Shown here piece by piece: positions 42,022-53,319 of a stretch of DNA of 64,000 nt. Source of the DNA: Nitrospirota bacterium (lineage in GTDB: Bacteria; Nitrospirota; Thermodesulfovibrionia; Thermodesulfovibrionales; UBA9159); NCBI GenBank assembly GCA_963699545.1, contig CAVOUE010000003.1, positions 800,001 to 864,000 of the forward strand, read 5' to 3'. The notes under the pieces were generated by a model. It was not told where the DNA came from, made no database searches, and saw only the letters and a program-made list of their open reading frames with translations. Position numbers and translations under genes: made by a program. Every line of letters starts with the position of its first letter. Within the stretch, counting starts at the first letter, position 1.

Positions 42022-42724
42022 ATGAGGAATCACAATGGCGAACAAAATGGCGACCAGGAAAAAGAACAGGAATTGATCAAGAGACTTCAGGATGCGGTGA
42101 TCAACTTTAAGGTGGATGATGCGAAGAAGACCGCCGAGGAGGCCGTCGCAGGTCGGCGCGAACGCCTACACGGTGACGATGGAAGGTCTTGCGGGGGGTA
42201 TGGAGGTCGTAAGCCAGAAGATTCGACTGCCATGAGTATTTCGTGCCGGAGACGCTTCTCTGCGCAAAGGCGCTCTATGCGGCGCTCGACGTCCTGAAAC
42301 CGCACATCAAGGTGAGGTGAACATGGAGTGAAGCGGGGACAGGTCGTCCTCGGCGTCATGCAGGGTGACGTCCACGATCTCGGAAAGAACCTCATCAAGG
42401 CCATCTTCGAGGCCTCCGGCTGGACCGTGCATGACCTTGGCCGGGACGTTCCGCTCCAGAAGTTCGTGGAGGAACAGCTCAAGACCGACTCCGATATCGT
42501 CATGCTCTCTGCAATGATGACGACCTCCATGGTGGGCATCAAGAAGCTCATTCCGATGATCAAGGAGAAGAATCCGAAGGTGAAGATCATGATCGGAGGC
42601 GCGCCGATCACCGAGAAGACCGTCGAGGAGTACGGAGCGGACACCACGGCGGACAATGCGCCCAATGCCCTTCGAGGAGGCGATGAAGATGCTCGAAACC
42701 CTGAGGAGAGGAAAGGCTGCATAA
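42022..42724 (+). CDS. cobalamin-binding corrinoid protein (MtaC/MtbC-like; frameshifted)
   Basis: Cap domain with YFVPE, then GVMQGDVHDLGKN (DxHxxG), DLGRDVP, LSAMMTTS and MIGGAP. Confidence 0.88.
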
Positions 42725-42895
42725 GGGTTCTCCTGTCTGCGGGATGCTGACACGGTAACTCCGAACGTGCTGGCATGAACATGGCCCTGCGCAAGACTTT
42801 TGCAGGGCTGTACTCGTCAGCCGACGGGCGTTGAGGGGTCTCACTGGAGCGGACGCAGAGGAGGGAAATCCTTGAAAAGGAGGATTTTGAGTACT

Positions 42896-44850
42896 ATGAA
42901 CCACACTATTATTTTTCAGCCCTCTGGCAGGCGCGGCCAGGTACCTGAGGGCACTACCATTCTCGATGCTGCGAGGAGACTGGGCGTCGGCATTGAAGCT
43001 GTCTGCGGAGAACAGCTTGTCTGCGGCAAATGCCGGGTGAAGGTTATGGAGGGAACATATCCCAAAGGAGGGCATCACTTCGGCGATGAGCCATCTCACG
43101 ACCTTGACGAAAAGGAGATAAAGGTCCTGAAGCGCAAGGATTCTCAAGAGCATATCCGACTTGCGTGTTCATCAAGGATAATGGGTGATGTGCTCGTATT
43201 TGTTCCCGAAGCAAGCCGCACCGGCAAAGCAGGTGGTGAGCAAGGCGGCCGGGAAGATCAAGGTAAAGCTGAAACCGGCAGTGAAGAAATACTATGTCGA
43301 ACTCCCCGTGCCCTCTCTGGACGAACCGCTTGGAGATTTCGAGCGGCTTGAACAGGCGCTCACTGAAAAGCACGGTCTCAAGAAGCTCTCCATAGACTAC
43401 AGGACGCTCCAGAAACTGCCTGACGCGGTCAGGAAAGGCGACTGGAAGGTGACGGCAACGGTATGGCAGAACGCGGAGATCATCAGGGTCGACCCGGGAA
43501 AGGTCGAGACGAACATCGGCCTTGCCGTCGATATCGGCACGACGACCGTTGCGGGATACCTGACGGATCTCAACACGGGAGAGGTGATCGTGACGGAATC
43601 GATGATGAACCCTCAGGTGCGGTACGGAGAAGATGTCATGTCCCGTATCACCTACTGCATGATGAACGAAGAGACAGGTCTCAAGGAGCTCCAGGAGACG
43701 ATCATCGAAGGACTCAACACGATCGCGAAACAGGCCGCTCACAAGGCGGGCTTCACCGCCGAGGACATAAGCGAAATGACCCTTGTGGGGAATACCGCGA
43801 TGCACCATATCCTCCTCGGGATCAACCCCGAATATACGGGTATGGCTCCGTTCACCCCTGCACTCCACCGTTCGGTAGACATAAAGGCGGACCGTTTCGG
43901 GATCCACATTCTTCCCTCCGGCAATATCCATGTATTGCCTATCGAGGCGGGCTTTGTGGGTGCTGACAATGTGGGCTGCCTGATCGCTGATGTGCCTTAC
44001 AAGCGGAAGGAGATGACCCTGCTCATCGATATCGGCACGAATGGAGAGCTTGTCCTCGGAAACAGGGAAAAACTCATCTCCTGTTCCTGCGCCACAGGCC
44101 CTGCCCTTGAAGGTGCCCAGATCGAGTTCGGGATGCGCGCGGCACCGGGCGCCATCGAAAGGGTAAAGATCGATCCCAAAACATTGGAAGCGACGTATCA
44201 GGTGATCGGAAGCGACCGCTGGAGCGACGGGGAGGTCAATATGCAGGCAAAAGGTATCTGCGGCTCTGCGATCATCGACGTGATCGCCGAGATGTTCAAG
44301 GCGGGGATACTGAAGAAGAACGGGCAGGTCAACATGGACCTTAAGTCACCGAGACTGAGGAAGGGTGATAAGGGCATGAACGAGTATGTGCTGGCCTGGA
44401 AGCACGAGACGTCCATAGACCAGGACATTGTGGTGAACCAGAAGGATGTCCGGGCGATACAGCTTGCCAAAGGCGCCCTCTATTCCGGCTGTCTCATCAT
44501 GATGCGGAAGCTCGGCATCAAGGAGTTCGACCGTCTGGCGGTGGCAGGCGCCTTCGGCAGCCACATCGACAAGGAAGAAGCGATGGTGATCGGCATGTAT
44601 CCCCGATTGTGATCTGAAAAAGGTAAAATATATCGGGAACGCCGCCGGTGACGGCGCCCGTATCGCTCTTCTCAATGTGGACAAGAGAAAAGAGGCCAAT
44701 GACATCGCCCGGAAGGTTGAGTATGTTGAACTTGCCCTCGAAGAGGACTTCAATGACCGTTTCGGAGAGGCGATGCAGTTCCCGCACATGTTCGATGCAT
44801 TCCCTCACCTTGAAGGCATTTTACCTGCTGAGGCGTTAAACGTGAGTTAA
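42896..44850 (+). CDS. ASKHA/DUF4445 reductive activator of corrinoid proteins (RACo/RamA-like), N-terminal [2Fe-2S] (frameshifted)
   Basis: CGEQLVCGKC..RLAC, AVDIGTTT, GEDVMSRI, IDIGTNGE, ATGPALEG, GICGS, IQLAKGA, AGAFG and GNAAG. Confidence 0.92.
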
Positions 44851-44898
44851 TGGATTTCACGGGCCGCCGAGAGGCGGCCCGCGGGAAAGGAGAAAAAA

Positions 44899-45093
44899 AT
44901 GAAAGTCAAGTACGTGGGAGAGACCAGGGAGATTAAGACCGTGAGCGGGAAGGACGCAAAGCTCGAAAAGGGAATGGAACTGGAGTGCATGGAGAAGGAA
45001 TATCACTCCGCGACTACGGTGAGGGCAGTGTTAGTCTCCGGTGAACACGTGAAAGTGAGGAGGAACGAGCTTAAGAAAATTGACGTGTGCTGA
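44899..45093 (+). CDS. small hypothetical protein
   Basis: SD AAAGGAG; 64-aa ORF in the operon orientation. Confidence 0.6.
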   Translation: MKVKYVGETREIKTVSGKDAKLEKGMELECMEKEYHSATTVRAVLVSGEHVKVRRNELKKIDVC

Positions 45094-45183
45094 TTACACA
45101 CGAGAAGAGGACACGGAAGGTAACTGAGAGGTAAGGCCTGCGCGAGGCCGCACAGGGTGGCCTTAAAAGAGTGAGGCGTTCGG

Positions 45184-45420
45184 GTGAAAATATCGATAGA
45201 ATACTGCGGCACCTGCAATTACAGGCCTATCGCAGCCAGTCTGGCCATGGCGATCGAAAAGGTCCTCGAACTTAAGCCGGAACTGGTACACTCCCCTGAC
45301 ATCGGCGCTTTCGAAGTGAAGGTGGATGATGAACTGGTATTCTCGAAGAAGGAGGCCAGAGTGTTCCCTGACCATGCCGAGATCATCGAGTTGCTGAAGA
45401 CGTGGAAAGAACGCGCCTGA
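45184..45420 (+). CDS. Rdx/SelW-family thioredoxin-like protein (CxxC form)
   Basis: ISIEYCGTCNY...GAFEVKVDDELVFSK...FPD. Confidence 0.85.
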   Translation: MKISIEYCGTCNYRPIAASLAMAIEKVLELKPELVHSPDIGAFEVKVDDELVFSKKEARVFPDHAEIIELLKTWKERA

Positions 45421-45470
45421 AATGAAGAAATGACTTGACAGGAGAGGAGATAAGTATCATAAATAGAGAA

Positions 45471-45623
45471 ACAGGTGCAAGAGCTTAATAGGGAATCCCG
45501 TGAAAATCGGGAGCGGTCCCGCCGCTGTAAACGGGGACAAAAGCCGACTGAGCCACTTTTCCGGATTATCGGGATGGGAAGGCCGGCAAGTAGGATGATC
45601 CGTTAGCCAGAAGACCTGCCTGT
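45471..45623 (+). promoter_or_regulatory. cobalamin riboswitch
   Basis: AGGTG..AATAGGGAATCCCGTGAAAATCGGGAGCGGTCCCGCCGCTGTA...AGCCAC...GGGAAGG...AGCCAGAAGACCTGCCT (B12 box), upstream of btu/cob genes. Confidence 0.93.
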
Positions 45624-45786
45624 GCTCTAGTGATTTAGTAAGGAGTTATTGGCCCGGAGATAAAGCTCTCCGAGCTCTGAACAGAGAACTCCGGACTAAA
45701 GAGCTTCCCGTGGAGGAAGTGGGGCCCCAGGAAATTGAAAATTTTTTGGGGCATCGATTGGGGATGAAGTGAAACAGGGTGCAATC

Positions 45787-45823
45787 CTCAGGGCAGTTAT
45801 TGCCCTGGGGATTTTTTTGTTTT
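45787..45823 (+). terminator. leader terminator (probable riboswitch expression platform)
   Basis: CTCAGGGCAG-TTA-TTGCCCTGGG followed by a T-run, between the riboswitch and btuF. Confidence 0.6.
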
Positions 45824-45846
45824 GGAGGTGTAGCGGTTGAAAGAGT

Positions 45847-46719
45847 TGATTGAGCAAGGTATTTCTCTGAAGAGGCGTGACGCTCATAATATGTAGAGTG
45901 GCGCTCCTGCTCTTCTCTCTCTGCTTTTTGCTCCCTCTGCCGATTGCGCGGAAACGCCGAAGAGGATTGTTTCCCTTGCGCCCAGCATGACCGAACTCCT
46001 CTTTGCCTTCGGCCTTGAAGACCGGCTCGCCGGCGTCACAAGCTTCTGCGACTACCCTGAGGCTGCAAAGAAAGAAACCGAAGATCGGCGGCATGTCGAA
46101 CCCGTCACTTGAGGCTGTCATTTCGCTGAAACCGGATATCGTGGTGATGACCGTGGACGGAAATCCGAAGGAGTTCGAGGAGCGGCTTCGCTCCATGAAG
46201 ATAAAGACCTATGTCTTCAGGGCGAGGCGGCTTCCGGAATTTCCGCAGGGCATCAGGGAGATGGGGGCGGAACTGGGCGTGAAAGAGAAGGCCGATCTGC
46301 TCGCCGGGGAGATCGAAAAGACGCTCACGAAGTTCAGCGATGGCGAGAACGCCTGCCCAAAAGAAAAAAGTGCTCGTTCATCATATGGCCCGATCCACTG
46401 ATCGTTGCCGGACGCGGCAGCATCACGGACGACGCGTTAGCACTCCTCGGTGAGAAGAACATCTCGGATGATTCCGGGACGTCCTACCCAAAGTATTCGA
46501 TCGAAGAGATCATCCGCAGGGCGCCCTGACGTCATCTTCATCGGCAGGGGAAAGGGCATGGAAAAGGTCTCCGAAGGGCTGTCTGCAGCGTCTGAAGACA
46601 GCGTGCCTGCCGTGAAGAACGGCAAGGTATTCTATGTGAGCGACTATCTCTATCGGCTCACGCCGAGGACGGTCAAGGGCGATGGAGGAGCTGGCAAGAT
46701 ACCTGGGGGGCAGGATTGA
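45847..46719 (+). CDS. btuF: cobalamin ABC transporter substrate-binding protein (frameshifted; start uncertain)
   Basis: RIVSLAPSMTELLFA, KIGGMSNPSLEAVISLKPDIV and VPAVKNGKVFYV. Confidence 0.75.
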
Positions 46720-47681
46720 AGACGAGATTGTTTATTATCATCGTCGTTCCACTGGCGGTGTTCGGCTTATCCCTCGTGCTCGGCCCGAAGATCATAAACC
46801 CCTTTTGCATGGATGAGACTGCGAGGGAAATACTCTTTTCCGTCAGGGCACCGAGGAGCATCGTCGCCCTGCTCATGGGAATGGCCCTCGGCGCTTCCGG
46901 GGCGGTCTTCCAGGGGATACTCAGGAACCCGCTGGCTGATCCCTTATATCCTCGGCATATCGAGCGGGGCATCCCTCTGCCGCGGCCATCGGCATCATCA
47001 TGGGACTAACGTTCCTGGGCACATTTACGATACCGGTCCTCGCATTTGCGGGCGCGATCTTGACGGGGAGCATTGTGGGAATGATGGGCTGGAAAAGGGG
47101 TGGCCTCTGGCCGGAACGCCTGCTTCTCGGCGGTGTGGGGCTGAGCTTTCTCTTTTCCGCGCTCCTCATGCTCATGCTGAGCATATCGTCCGATGAAGGG
47201 TTGAGGAGGGCGACGCTGTGGATCTTCGGGGACCTTTCCATGTCGGACTGGTCACGGATACCCTTACGGGCTCGTTTTCGTTCTGGGAGGGATGCTGCTC
47301 TCGATGGTCAGGGCCAAGGCCCTCAACGCCCTGATCCTCGGTGACGAAATGGCCCACAGCCTGGGCTTTACCCCCCACGTAGAAAGATTCACCCTCTTCG
47401 TCTCCGTCGGTCTCATGACGTCAGCTTCGGTATCCCTTGGGGGGATGATAGGCTTTATCGGACTGCTCGTCCCTCACATGATCAGGTTCTTTGCCGGCTC
47501 CGACGGCAGGGTGCTCATACCGGCATCTGCGCTCATGGGAGGCGCTCTCCTCTGCGTCGCCGATCTCGTCAGCAGGTCGATACTGCCGCCCATGGAACTC
47601 CCGGCGGGAGTCGTTACCGCGATCATAGGAGCGCCCTATTTTCTCTATCTCCTCAGGAGGAAGAATGTCCTCGGTTTCTGA
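46716..47681 (+). CDS. btuC: FecCD/BtuC-family ABC permease (frameshifted)
   Basis: FQGILRNPLADP.ILGISSGA, GGMIGFIGLLVPH and ELPAGVVTAIIGAPYF. Confidence 0.85.
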
Positions 47682-48442
47682 TCACCCCATCCTCGAGTTC
47701 GACAAGACTCTGTTTTTCCTATGCGAAGAACGGCTCCTTCATCAATAACCTCACCCTCTCCATCAGTGGGGGCGAATTCATCGGCCTGCTCGGCGCAAAC
47801 GGCTCAGGGAAATCGACCATCCTGAAACTCGGCAGCGGGATCCTCAGGCCCTCAGCCGGGCACCTGATGCTCTGGGGCAAACCCTTGAAGGGCTATAACA
47901 ACAGGGACAGGGCGAAACTCATCAGCTACATGCCGCAATCGCTCGATGTGACCGTGCCGTTCACGATCAGGGAACTGGTAAGCATGGGGCTCTACCCTTA
48001 TGACATCCGTCCCGCAATGACTATCGAAGAAGCTCTCGACATGGTAGGGCTCCTTGGCAGGTCTGACGACCATCTTGCCGATCTCAGCGGCGGAGAGCAG
48101 CGAAGGACCTTCATCGCCATGACCCTCCTGCAGGGAGCGGGGCTCCTCCTCCTGGATGAACCCCTGGTAAACCTGGACATCCGGTACCAGGTCGAACTGG
48201 TACGGCTTCTGAGGAGACTGAAGGAAGAAAGAAATATCTCTATTGTCATGGCCCTCCATGACATCAACGTCGCACTGCAACTCGAAAAGGTGATGCTCAT
48301 CAAAAATGGGGAGATCCTCGGAATCGGTCCGCCGGCGGAGGTCCTCACCGAAGGGCTCATCCGTGAGGCGTTTGGCGTTGAGGTGAAGATAATCAGACAA
48401 CGGGGAGAGAATGCTTATGTCAGCTACGAGAACAACTTCTGA
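47665..48442 (+). CDS. btuD: ABC ATP-binding protein (cobalamin/iron-chelate; frameshifted)
   Basis: GANGSGKST, LSGGEQRR, LLLDEP and ALHDIN. Confidence 0.85.
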
Positions 48443-48986
48443 GAAACGAACGAAACGGGAAACTGCCGCAGCGGGCAGGATCGTCTTCGTCACCGGAGGA
48501 GCGCGGAGCGGCAAGAGCAGCTTTGCCCTCTCGGAGGCGCTGAAGATCACTGGCAAGAAGGCCTTCCTTGCGACGGCACAGGCGACGGATGAAGAGATGA
48601 AGGACCGGATAAGGCGCCACAGGCAGGACCGCGGGAACGGATGGGAGACCTTCGAAGAACCGATAGACCTTACGCGCCTTATGAGAGAGATCGATGGACA
48701 GTACTCGGTGATCGTCCTCGACTGCCTCACCCTCTGGCTTGCGAATGTGATGATGTCGGTGCTCGATGCGGAAAAGGAGACCGGCCGCCTGATCGCTGCT
48801 CTCAGGGCTCTGAAAAAGTCGAGGGTCTTCGTCGTCTCCAATGAGGTCGGAATGGGGATCGTCCCCGAAAACGAGCTTGCCCGGAGGTTCAGGGACTTGG
48901 CCGGGCAGATGAACCAGAGGGTCGCTGCGGTCGCAGATGAGGTGTTTGTTACGGTTTCAGGTATACCCGTGAAAATAAAAGGCTAA
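48411..48986 (+). CDS. cobU: adenosylcobinamide kinase / cobinamide-phosphate guanylyltransferase
   Basis: [17 protein letters not shown] and [11 protein letters not shown]. Confidence 0.93.
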   Translation: MLMSATRTTSEKRTKRETAAAGRIVFVTGGARSGKSSFALSEALKITGKKAFLATAQATDEEMKDRIRRHRQDRGNGWETFEEPIDLTRLMREIDGQYSVIVLDCLTLWLANVMMSVLDAEKETGRLIAALRALKKSRVFVVSNEVGMGIVPENELARRFRDLAGQMNQRVAAVADEVFVTVSGIPVKIKG

Positions 48987-48996
48987 AGGAGAGAAC

Positions 48997-50049
48997 ATGG
49001 TTCATGAGACATTGAAGAGGATCAGGCCTTTGAGCGAAGACTACGCAGAACAGGCGCAGAAGAGGCTTGATAATCTCACAAAACCGCAGGGCAGCCTTGG
49101 GAGACTTGAGGAGTTTGCGAGGAGGCTTGTGGCGATCACCGAAAATTCCATGCCGGTGCTTGACAGGAAAGTCATCTTCACCTTTGCAGGGGATCACGGA
49201 GTCGCTGATGAAGGAGTCTCTGCCTATCCCCGAGAAGTAACCCGCCAGATGGTCCTCAACTTCCTGAACGGCGGGGCCGGTATAAACGTGCTCGCACGGC
49301 ATGCAGGCTCCGAGGTGGTTGTGGTCGATATGGGCGTCGATTACGATTTTGGAAAGATCAACGGACTGCTCTCCCGCAAGGTTGTCATGGGCACGAAGAA
49401 TATGCGCAAGGGTCCTGCAATGACCCGGGCAGAGGCCGAGACCTGTATCAATGTGGGAATCGAACTTGCGGACGCATATGCGAAAAAGAGATATGCCATA
49501 TTCGGGACAGGAGATATGGGCATCGCCAACACCACCCCCTCGTCTGCAATAGCCGCGGTTCTTACCGGAAAGTCCGTGCCGGAGGTGACAGGAAAAGGTA
49601 CCGGGATCGACGACCATGCCCTGGAGATCAAGATCAAGGTCATTGAGGATTCAATCGCCCTGAACCGGCCTGATCCAAAAGACCCGGTGGATGTCCTTGC
49701 CAAGGTAGGCGGTGCAGAGATCGGCGGCATTGCCGGCTTGGTCATCGGTGCCGCAGCAAACAGCGTCCCCGTCGTCATAGACGGGTTTATCTCAACCGCA
49801 GGGGCCTTGCTTGCGTATTGTCTCGAACCGAAAACAGGAGAGTATATGTTTGCAGCGCACAACTCTGTCGAGAAAGGGCATAAGGCGATGCTCGGGAAAA
49901 TGGGATTGAGACCGGTCCTTGACCTTGACCTGAGGCTCGGCGAAGGCACAGGCGCAGCGCTGGCAATGCTCATGATCGAGGCAGGGCTCAAGATTTACAA
50001 AGAGATGGCGACGTTCGGCGACGCGGGTGTATCGACAAGAAAGGATTAA
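48997..50049 (+). CDS. cobT: nicotinate-nucleotide:dimethylbenzimidazole phosphoribosyltransferase
   Basis: [27 protein letters not shown] and RLGEGTG. Confidence 0.95.
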   Translation: MVHETLKRIRPLSEDYAEQAQKRLDNLTKPQGSLGRLEEFARRLVAITENSMPVLDRKVIFTFAGDHGVADEGVSAYPREVTRQMVLNFLNGGAGINVLARHAGSEVVVVDMGVDYDFGKINGLLSRKVVMGTKNMRKGPAMTRAEAETCINVGIELADAYAKKRYAIFGTGDMGIANTTPSSAIAAVLTGKSVPEVTGKGTGIDDHALEIKIKVIEDSIALNRPDPKDPVDVLAKVGGAEIGGIAGLVIGAAANSVPVVIDGFISTAGALLAYCLEPKTGEYMFAAHNSVEKGHKAMLGKMGLRPVLDLDLRLGEGTGAALAMLMIEAGLKIYKEMATFGDAGVSTRKD

Positions 50050-50862
50050 ATGAGACCGCTGCTGCTCGCATTCCAGTTCCTGACCATAATACCAACACGG
50101 GTCAGGGGAGAGGTGACGGAAAGAGACCTCTCCCGCTCGGCGTCCTTTTTCCCTGTCGTGGGAGCATTTCAGGGGCTTATCGCCGTTGTCATGGTTTCAT
50201 ACCTGGGCAAGGAGTTCCCCCCGGAAATAACAGGCGCGCTGATCCTCCTTGCGTGGGTGCTCATGAACGGCGGATTCCATCTGGACGGTCTTGCAGATAC
50301 ATTCGATGCCCTTGCGGTCAAATCGACCGGGGATGAAGGCCTTGACAGGGAAAGACGGCTCTCCGTAATGAAAGACAGTTCATCAGGGTCCATCGGCGTG
50401 ACCGCCATTGTCTTTGCGGTCCTCCTGAAATTCCTTTTTCTGAGCTTCCTGATTTCTCACTCTGCTCCGTATACGTGCTTCACGCTGCTGTTCCTTGTGC
50501 CTGTATTTTCGAACTGGGTGATGGTCCCTGCCCTCTATCACGGAATATCTGCTCGCCCGGAGGGTCTCGGAAAACTGTTCATCGATTCAGCGGGAAGGAA
50601 CACGGTCGTCCTCGCCTCCCTCCTCGTCATCCTGTTCTTCCTGTCTTCCTCTTCGATCTATCTCTACAAGGCTTACGGTACAAGAACGATCACATTATTC
50701 CTCTCTCTTTCGATAACGCTCTATCTCTTCAGCCTCCTCTCGGTATGGTTCTGCAGGCGGCGGTTCGGCGGACTGACCGGAGACAATTTCGGCGCGATCC
50801 ATGAGATATCAGAAATCCTTTTCCTTTTCACGGTGACACGATGGTTACAACACTCTATTTAG
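50050..50862 (+). CDS. cobS: adenosylcobinamide-GDP ribazoletransferase (cobalamin synthase)
   Basis: FQFLTIIP, HLDGLADTFD, MKDS and FGGLTGD. Confidence 0.93.
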   Translation: MRPLLLAFQFLTIIPTRVRGEVTERDLSRSASFFPVVGAFQGLIAVVMVSYLGKEFPPEITGALILLAWVLMNGGFHLDGLADTFDALAVKSTGDEGLDRERRLSVMKDSSSGSIGVTAIVFAVLLKFLFLSFLISHSAPYTCFTLLFLVPVFSNWVMVPALYHGISARPEGLGKLFIDSAGRNTVVLASLLVILFFLSSSSIYLYKAYGTRTITLFLSLSITLYLFSLLSVWFCRRRFGGLTGDNFGAIHEISEILFLFTVTRWLQHSI

Positions 50863-51536
50863 TACGACACGGCGAAACAGAAGGGAGCGGGGCAAAGCGC
50901 TACCACGGGGGCATCGATGTCCCGCTGTCCGAAAATGGTATCCGGCAGGTGCGGGACGCATCCGTCTTCATCCGCGAACATCTGAGGTCCTCCGGCGCCC
51001 GGCAGGAAACGAGTTACCTGAAGGACATCCACCGGAATGACGCTGCTTCAGCCGGGAGTCCCAACCGGGAAACAATGGCGTCAATCTACTGCTCCGATCT
51101 CAGCAGGTCGCTGAAGAGTGCGGAGATCCTGGCCGGGCACTACGGCTTGAAGCCGGTGATCATGCCGGACCTGCGGGAGAGAAGCTTCGGGATATGGGAG
51201 GGAATGACCTTCGCGGAGATCAAGGAACGTTACCCTGAAGGGTTCGAGGCATGGGCCGGCAATCCGGTGAAATACAGTCCGCCGGGTGGCGAGAGCACCG
51301 TTGAGGTGAAAGACCGGGTGATCCGCGCATTGGATGAGATCATCGGAAGGCACGACGGGGAGCAACTGGCGATCGTGGCGCACGGCGGTGTGAACAGGGT
51401 CATCCTCTGCCAACTCCTCGGCGTCCCTCTCGAGAACATCTTCAGGATCGAACAGGGGCATGCCGCAGTGAACATCATAGAGTTCTGGGACAGGTACCCG
51501 GTCGTAAAACTCATGAACGGAGTTCCGTGTGAGTAA
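50841..51536 (+). CDS. cobC: alpha-ribazole phosphatase (histidine phosphatase)
   Basis: LVRHGET, SDLSR, FGIWEG and VAHGG; located in the cob operon. Confidence 0.85.
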   Translation: MVTTLYLVRHGETEGSGAKRYHGGIDVPLSENGIRQVRDASVFIREHLRSSGARQETSYLKDIHRNDAASAGSPNRETMASIYCSDLSRSLKSAEILAGHYGLKPVIMPDLRERSFGIWEGMTFAEIKERYPEGFEAWAGNPVKYSPPGGESTVEVKDRVIRALDEIIGRHDGEQLAIVAHGGVNRVILCQLLGVPLENIFRIEQGHAAVNIIEFWDRYPVVKLMNGVPCE

Positions 51537-53068
51537 GGCGCTCATGATACAGGGGACCGGTTCGGGCGTCGGGAAAAGCCTTGTCGCGGCTGGTCTGTGC
51601 AGGATATTCGCGGACCTGGGGATCAATGTGGCGCCGTTCAAGGCGCAGAACATGGCCCTGAATTCCTTCATCACGAAAGAAGGAGGAGAGATCGGTCGTG
51701 CGCAGGCCCTCCAGGCAGAGGCCGCCCGGGTCGAGCCGTCGGTGGACATGAACCCGGTCCTCCTTAAGGCATCGAGCGAGCGGAGCTGCCATGTGGTCAT
51801 GAACGGCAAGGTCTACTCGGATATGATGGCCAGGGATTACTACGCGTTCAAGGAAACGGCCTGGAAAGCAGTCACCCGGGCATATGAGCGTCTTTCCCGG
51901 AAGCATGACCTTATCATCATCGAGGGCGCGGGGAGCCCCGCAGAGATCAACCTCATGGAGGATGAGATCGTGAACATGAAGGTCGCCCGGCACGCCGGCG
52001 CTCCTGTGCTGCTCGTCGGAGATATTGACAAGGGCGGCGTCTTCGCATCCTTCCATGGAACCGTTGAACTTCTCAAGAACAGCCATGCCGATGCAGACCA
52101 TATCAGGGCCTTCATCATCAACAAGTTCCGGGGTGACGTCGAGATCCTGAGACCTGCACTTCCCATGATCGAGGAGAGAACAGGCAGGCCTGTCATCGGC
52201 ATCATCCCCTACCTCGGAGACCTCGGCCTCCACGAGGAAGACGGTATACCTCCGGAAAGACTCTGCAGACCTCCTTTTGATCCTTCTTCGCCCATCGGCC
52301 GCAGCCTGAAGATCGTCGTGCTCAGGCTCAGGTATATCTCGAACTTTACGGACTTCGATCCCTTTCTGTATGAGCCGGACGTAGAACTCGTCTATTCCCT
52401 CGGGGACCGGGACATCCAGAGCGCGGATCTCATCATCATCCCGGGATCAAAGAACACGGTGAGCGATCTTCTTTTCATGAGGGAGCACGGCATCGAGAGG
52501 AGCATCAAACACGCAGTCGAAAAGGGCATTCCCCTCATCGGTATCTGCGGAGGCTACCAGATGCTCGGGAGGAGGATCCACGATCAGCACGGGATCGAGA
52601 GCGCTCAGAGAGAAACCGACGGTCTCAATCTTCTGGATGTCGAGACCATCCTTGAAAAGACGAAGGTGACTTCTCAGATCGCAGCGTACCCTGAGGGGAT
52701 CAGGGACATCGGGTTCGGGCTGAGGAACGGCACATTGCATGGTTACGAAATCCATATGGGAAGGACAACAGGCGATGTCGGTCTCTTCAGGCTGAAGAGG
52801 TTCTCTCCTGACTTTGCCCTTGACGAACCGCTCCTTGACGGGTCGTCAAAGGGGGACGTCTGGGGCTCGTATATCCACGGTCTTTTTGACAACGACGACT
52901 TCAGGGGGACTCTGCTGAATGTTCTACGACAGAAAAAAGGTCTGTTCTCCCGGAGAGGCAACGATGCGGTATGGAGAGCAGAAAGAAAGGGCCATGGACA
53001 GCTGGGCGGATATCCTGAAAAGAAATATCGATATGGAGTTTGTTCTTAAACTTCTCGGAGCTCTTTAG
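51529..53068 (+). CDS. cobQ: cobyric acid synthase (C-terminal frameshift)
   Basis: QGTGSGVGKS, PFKAQNMALNS, EGAGSPAE, GICGGYQMLG and SYIHGLF. Confidence 0.95.
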
Positions 53069-53105
53069 CGTGAGCGAATATATTATGAACAACTGCTTTC
53101 AGCAG

Positions 53106-53280
53106 TTTAAGGAGGTATTTCAGGGGAATCCCGTGAAACCGGGAACTGCCCCGCAACTGTAAAGGGAACGAAAGCCGCCGTGAGCCAAAGAGCCACTGTC
53201 CGCCTCAGACGGATGGGAAGGCCGGCGAGTAGGCTGCCTCTGAATGAGGCAACGCCCTGAGTCAGGAGACCCTGGATACC
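53106..53280 (+). promoter_or_regulatory. cobalamin riboswitch
   Basis: GGGGAATCCCGTGAAACCGGGAACTGCCCCGCAACTGTA...GCCACTG...GGGAAGG...GAGTCAGGAGACC, upstream of btuB. Confidence 0.92.
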
Positions 53281-53319
53281 GGAAAACTAAATACCCTTCG
53301 AGGGAAGAGGAGGTTTTTT

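Noticed and set aside
45184-45420. Rdx/SelW protein as a selenoprotein
   Set aside because: The motif is encoded TGC-GGC-ACC-TGC (CxxC) with no UGA.
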